In this document: positions 59,842 through 64,000 of the stretch, piece after piece
How positions within the stretch are numbered: the first letter of the stretch is position 1
Layout: every line of letters starts with the position of its first letter
Origin: Desulfatiglandales bacterium
Lineage (GTDB): Bacteria > Desulfobacterota > DSM-4660 > Desulfatiglandales > HGW-15
Direction of reading: 5' to 3'
DNA: 64,000 bases
Assembly (NCBI GenBank): GCA_963667015.2
Contig: CAXXJJ010000001.1
Location: forward strand, 1,952,001-2,016,000
Program-made: the position numbers and the translations under genes
Notes under the pieces: model-generated
What the model was told of the DNA's origin: nothing
The model's database searches: none
What the model saw: the letters and a program-made list of their open reading frames with translations, nothing else

Positions 59842-60558
59842 CTACCTTGTAAGACTCCCGTCCATGTGTCGCATATTGTCTTTTTGGGAGTTCTCCGATA
59901 CCGCTCCAAGTACTATATTGAAGTTAACCGAATACTCATGTTCTCTGTTTTTTACGGGTATAAACTCCGGCTGCAGGGATTCTCTCTGATCACTGTCTTT
60001 TATACCCTGAAGGACCATGTCTCTCTTGTTCAGGCTGTTGCCCCTGATATACATCTGTGTTGTAAGCATGCGCTTACCGTTTACCATTACAATAAAATGT
60101 ATATGCGGTGCCCGGGTTATTGAGCCCATGGTGTATGACACAGGCATTGCAGTCCTGAAATAATACTCTCCTGAGGGTCCGGTGACAAAACGGCCGAACC
60201 CCTGAAAGTTCCTGTCTCTTTTACCCTGATCAGGGCTGCGGGAATGGAGATAAACCATATTACTGTCTGCCTGCCAGATTTCAACAGCAGCATTCCTGAT
60301 CGGTTTACCTTCAGTATCCATTATTACACCGGTCAGGTGAACGATTTCACCACTTGCTTTTGCCGCTGAATTATTTATCACAAGGAGATCATTGTCAGTA
60401 TCAGCAGGATATTTATCCGGGTAAAAGGGACCTTCGGTCTGTCCCGGTGTTATTACAGGATCTACTGCCATGGCATTCCCTGCTGATAATCCCATGATAC
60501 AGAAAATCAGAAACTGCAGCTGATAATTTTTCTTGAGGAAATTAGAAATGATATTCAT
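59842..60558 (-). CDS. Exported intradiol ring-cleavage dioxygenase-like protein
   Basis: TEGPFYP, VEIWQAD..VY, PVSY, RAPHIHF; N-terminal signal peptide. Confidence 0.85.
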   Translation of the reverse strand: MNIISNFLKKNYQLQFLIFCIMGLSAGNAMAVDPVITPGQTEGPFYPDKYPADTDNDLLVINNSAAKASGEIVHLTGVIMDTEGKPIRNAAVEIWQADSNMVYLHSRSPDQGKRDRNFQGFGRFVTGPSGEYYFRTAMPVSYTMGSITRAPHIHFIVMVNGKRMLTTQMYIRGNSLNKRDMVLQGIKDSDQRESLQPEFIPVKNREHEYSVNFNIVLGAVSENSQKDNMRHMDGSLTR

Positions 60559-61001
60559 ATTTATCCTCCTTCCTGTTAAGAAAAGACCGTCGACATGATA
60601 CTGCTATTTACCCATTTTGGCAACTCTGCCATTTTGGGTAAATAAGGATTTTATTGCACTGATTTTACATTTCACTTTTATTTGACGATTCTGGCAGTTC
60701 TGTATTTATCCCAAAGGTAGAACCTTTGACCAGGGCAACCCGTACTAAAATCATTATATGATGAAGAGCGCCTGGAGTATCTATTCTTGATTGTCGGGGC
60801 ATGTAGCATAAATAAAAAATCAAACAGCATGTTACGTCATATTTTCATGGACGCTTTGACGTCACCATTGACCACTTTATATTGCGAAGCGCAAGGTCTA
60901 ATACCTCGTCGCGTGCGGCGGGGCAGCTCATTCCCATGGTCTCCATGGGGATATAGTCACAGGACGCTCTGCGTCATTTCTAAATTTGTTGGCATCTCAA
61001 T

Positions 61002-61328
61002 TTATTTGGCTAATCTATCGAGTAAGATATCTTCGACATTTCGTCTTTCATCTATAACCGTTAAAACAAAAGCCGTTGTATCTGATATTCTGTAAATAAT
61101 TCTCCAGGGAGTTAAAATTAATTCTCGATAGGTATGAATGCCTTGTTCTTTTAGCTCAGGGACTATTCGCCCCCTAACTGGCATTGAATATAGTGTTGAT
61201 ACTTTTTGTTTGATTTTTTGTAGGATTCGTAAAGCGTTGCCAGGACTGCCAATGGCTATATAATCAATTATTTGTTTTAAATCATGTTGTGCTGTCTCCG
61301 CCCATACAACTTGATATTTTTTATTCAT
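61002..61328 (-). CDS. RelE/ParE family toxin
   Basis: WAETAQHDLKQIIDYIA, GRIVPEL, WRIIYRI. Confidence 0.9.
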   Translation of the reverse strand: MNKKYQVVWAETAQHDLKQIIDYIAIGSPGNALRILQKIKQKVSTLYSMPVRGRIVPELKEQGIHTYRELILTPWRIIYRISDTTAFVLTVIDERRNVEDILLDRLAK

Positions 61329-61606
61329 TTACTTTTTGCCTTCAATCCCTTTTCCATATCTTTAAAAACATCTTCCTGTGCTCTAACTCGTCCATCTCTG
61401 ACGTTGGATTCACCTTCAGAAATAAGCTTTAAAATGCCGATAGCGTTGCGCATATTTTCATAGCTTTCAGGATCTTGTAATACTGCTCGGGGTTCACCAT
61501 TTTGAGTGATTACAACAGGACGACGGGTGTCATTGATTTGCTTGAGTAAGTCTGCTGCTCGTGACTTCAAAAAAGTTACCGGTTTTATATCATTTGTAAT
61601 ATTCAT
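61325..61606 (-). CDS. Phd/YefM family antitoxin
   Basis: DIKPVTFLK, PVVITQNGEPRAVL; ATGA overlap with the toxin. Confidence 0.9.
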   Translation of the reverse strand: MNITNDIKPVTFLKSRAADLLKQINDTRRPVVITQNGEPRAVLQDPESYENMRNAIGILKLISEGESNVRDGRVRAQEDVFKDMEKGLKAKSK

Positions 61607-61662
61607 TTTGCTTTCCTCCAGTCCGAATATGGTACCATAATCGAACTGAATATCAAGCCTTG

Positions 61663-61726
61663 ATGCAACGCTTCGGCTCAGGAGCAGCGTGATTTTTACG
61701 CTGTCACCTGAAGCCGGTTGTTGTGC
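61663..61726 (-). other. attC site (64 bp)
   Basis: Minus strand GCACAAC...imperfect palindrome...GTTGCAT, directly after the stop of 61727..62452. Confidence 0.85.
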
Positions 61727-62452
61727 TCAGTTGAAAAAGCCAAATCTTATTACATCGAACTTACATGCATCAACACAGGTACCGCATAGGATGCATTCAG
61801 TGTTCTCCATTTTATTGGTGTTAACCATCATTTCGACAGGAAGACTCATTGGACAAATTTTCGTACATTTATGGCAATGAGCGCAATCTTCAGGAGTCGC
61901 TTTCAATTGTAAAGATACCCATTTAACTCTGTTCCTTATTTTCCTTCCCAAAATCATGAAAGGAGCTATCCAGCATAAATGATGGCAAAAGGACCTTCTC
62001 CCAAAAATAAAAGAAGGGATTACTATCAAAAAGAAAAGTACACACAGATAAGCAATAAAAGTGCTAAAATCTCCAATTGATAAACCATGTGTGGTCTCGT
62101 AAAAAAAATCTATATCTTTATACCCGCCATGCCTGACAGCCAAAAATATGATTGTTCCGATCCATGGAATCCAAATTATCCATTTAATAAAATTGCCTTT
62201 TGTTACTTTTTTGTCTCTGGCTAAAAAGATTGCCTCCTGACAGCCTGCCCCTGGACAAACCCATCCGCAGTAGGCCCTGCCAAGAAAGAGAGCACATACA
62301 AACAATAGGAAAAAAATTATAAAACTGCCATTGACAACCCCGTTTAGTGCAGCTCGGATTATGACAACAGGTGATAGATAGTAGAATGTTGCCGGAAATA
62401 GAAAAAAGGATGTCAGAATAATCCCTTTTCTTAAATTTTGTCTGTTTTTCAT
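61727..62452 (-). CDS. Membrane 4Fe-4S binding protein (NapH/polyferredoxin-like), cassette-borne
   Basis: GRAYCGWVCP, RSFCHHLC, CAHCHKCTKICP, CILCGTCVDAC. Confidence 0.88.
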   Translation of the reverse strand: MKNRQNLRKGIILTSFFLFPATFYYLSPVVIIRAALNGVVNGSFIIFFLLFVCALFLGRAYCGWVCPGAGCQEAIFLARDKKVTKGNFIKWIIWIPWIGTIIFLAVRHGGYKDIDFFYETTHGLSIGDFSTFIAYLCVLFFLIVIPSFIFGRRSFCHHLCWIAPFMILGRKIRNRVKWVSLQLKATPEDCAHCHKCTKICPMSLPVEMMVNTNKMENTECILCGTCVDACKFDVIRFGFFN

Positions 62453-62486
62453 CGTCCTTAATTCCTATTATAGTTGTAGACTCTAA

Positions 62487-62559
62487 GCACAACGCCGAAG
62501 CTTACCGGATTGTGTGTAGCAAGGCGGAACACAATTCCGAGTAAAGCGATTTGTTATAC
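62487..62559 (-). other. attC site (73 bp)
   Basis: Minus strand GTATAAC...GTTGTGC, directly after the stop of 62560..63174. Confidence 0.85.
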
Positions 62560-63174
62560 TTATGAGAGGTTATTTGCTCGTAATAGCAATCCATTGAATT
62601 TTTTATTAAAGTTTGTAGCATATGAAACACATGCAGTAAGAGTAATCAACCAGTGACTTTCAAAAATAAAATGGAAAATAACGAAAACGGTGCTAACAAT
62701 TATTGTACTTAATACGACTTGTTTAATGCTAGCATTTTCATCATCTATATTATCTTCATTTATGTTTCCACTTCGAAGGCCACCAAGTAAAACAGCACCA
62801 CTAATAAAATTTAATATAGGGAAAACAATTAGCACTTCTTTTTCAATTAATAAGATATAATATCCTCCCCATATCCCTGTCGCTCCATTTATAATACCCA
62901 TGAATAAAACCATGGCTTTTTTTTCCAACAGTGTTTTTTCTCTATTTGAAAAGGCATGGTATATAGTTAGAAATAAGCCAATAAAAAGCATAAGGACGAG
63001 AATATAAATAAATGGATTATCGCCATCTATTGAGAAAGATATTGTTTTCCATTCTTTGATGATTCCTGATGTTATAAGAAGTATTAACGAATAACCTGTA
63101 GCGAACATAGTTAATTCATCAAAATGAGGGTTGAAAAATTGCTCTATTGATTTCTTTATTTCCATGTACACCAT
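62560..63174 (-). CDS. Hypothetical membrane protein, cassette-borne
   Basis: About 6 TM segments, AT-rich. Confidence 0.75.
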   Translation of the reverse strand: MVYMEIKKSIEQFFNPHFDELTMFATGYSLILLITSGIIKEWKTISFSIDGDNPFIYILVLMLFIGLFLTIYHAFSNREKTLLEKKAMVLFMGIINGATGIWGGYYILLIEKEVLIVFPILNFISGAVLLGGLRSGNINEDNIDDENASIKQVVLSTIIVSTVFVIFHFIFESHWLITLTACVSYATNFNKKFNGLLLRANNLS

Positions 63175-63212
63175 AATTGTTAAATGCTAAAGAAGGTCCC
63201 TTCTTTACTCTT

Positions 63213-63566
63213 TTATTCACCATACCATCTTTTAATAACAGTGGAATTATTCTTATCTATTAAGTATCTTGCATCCCCTCCAACTATGGTTGGAGAAGGC
63301 GGGCCTATATATATCCAAATACCCTCACTTGATTCCTCTAATTCAATATCTCCAAAATTTTCTGCAAAATATTTTTTAAAATTGGACACATTAATTTTCG
63401 CATATGGAACATAATGCTGTTCAAGGTCGTCAATCATGGAAGATATAGCCATAGCATGGCTATTAGAAATTATGATTTTATTATTGGTTGCATTTGAGAA
63501 TGCAATTGAAAAGCTACATATTATCAATATTAAAGATAATAATATGAATATTTTTTTAAGATGCAT
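63213..63566 (-). CDS. Hypothetical exported protein, cassette-borne
   Basis: SD AGGAGG, signal peptide, C-terminal GGDARYLIDK...RWYGE. Confidence 0.7.
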   Translation of the reverse strand: MHLKKIFILLSLILIICSFSIAFSNATNNKIIISNSHAMAISSMIDDLEQHYVPYAKINVSNFKKYFAENFGDIELEESSEGIWIYIGPPSPTIVGGDARYLIDKNNSTVIKRWYGE

Positions 63567-63607
63567 AAAATTACCTCCTATTCACCATTGGCTTATGTTT
63601 CCATTAC

Positions 63608-63679
63608 ATTTAACAACGAGCTTACAGGGATGTGTGAAGCAAGGCGGAACACATTTCCTAGTAAAGCGTGATGTTCGGA
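63608..63679 (-). other. attC site (72 bp)
   Basis: Minus strand TCCGAAC...GTTAAAT; inner sequence closely similar to attC 62487-62559. Confidence 0.85.
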
Positions 63680-63729
63680 AACGCTGTTTTCTATTCTGCC
63701 AAAAAAGAAGACCTGATAACTTTTCATTT

Positions 63730-64000
63730 TTATGCCGATCCGAGAAAGTCCTTCTTTTTTAGTGTTTTATACTCTACTATCTTAACATTAACAGGTAATC
63801 CTCCAGATTTTAGAGCGATTGAAAGATCCCTGGCTTCTTCAAGGGTAAAGTTGCCGGTTATCTGTGCCCTTCCTCCTGATATTTTTTCTTTAATAATCGG
63901 AGCGGCATTGACGATATTGTCCAACAAAATAGCTAATTTTCTTTCTGTGTTTTCCGCTGTTATTTTTTCAAATATCCGTGCTCCTTCCGAATTAAAAGAA
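63730..64000 (-). CDS. Protein ending in a SecD P1-head-like domain (5' part outside window), cassette-borne
   Basis: SFNSEGARIFEKITAENTERKLAILLDN...APIIKEKISGGRAQITGNFTLEEARDLSIALKSGGLP, then a stop before any SecD TM2-6. Confidence 0.75.
   Translation of the reverse strand, partial: SFNSEGARIFEKITAENTERKLAILLDNIVNAAPIIKEKISGGRAQITGNFTLEEARDLSIALKSGGLPVNVKIVEYKTLKKKDFLGSA

Larger units (their letters stand above)
60988..64000 (-). mobile_element. Distal part of an integron gene-cassette array (integrase not in window)
   Basis: Three attC sites on the minus strand, each after a co-oriented ORF; terminal TA cassette; AT-rich cargo. Confidence 0.85.

Noticed and set aside
63730..64000. Housekeeping secD
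   Set aside because: Stops before TM2-6, no secF follows, and an attC lies downstream

Overview
A 64 kb bacterial chromosomal window of moderate-to-low GC. Gene content (sigma54-driven amtB-PII-glnD, carB next to a purF-like gene, many two-component systems, TRAP transport) resembles Desulfobacterota/deltaproteobacteria; this is an inference. The core block is the nitrogen cluster glnD-glnB/K-amtB divergent from carB / purF-like / DUF1846. Most of the rest is accessory: a VWA-HK-RR operon, a second short yidC behind a small membrane uORF, a CusRS-like system upstream of two paralogous secreted metallophosphoesterases that bracket a CDF-SPFH fusion/HflC/HflK operon, a tandemly amplified YtrA-ABC locus, several REP-like repeat families, and the distal end of an integron cassette array (three attC sites) running off the right edge. 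No rRNA, tRNA or CRISPR array was recognised. Best candidates for new biology: (1) a MifM-like arrest-peptide uORF controlling yidC2; (2) an MBL-fold gene with an in-frame TAG followed immediately by a stem-loop; (3) a putative metal-responsive CDF-SPFH cage plus phosphatase locus; (4) a PurF homologue lacking catalytic Cys1 paired with a carB that has no adjacent carA; (5) a 31-bp duplication of the PII gene 3' end resembling an att scar. All product calls come from motif recognition by eye; no searches were run.
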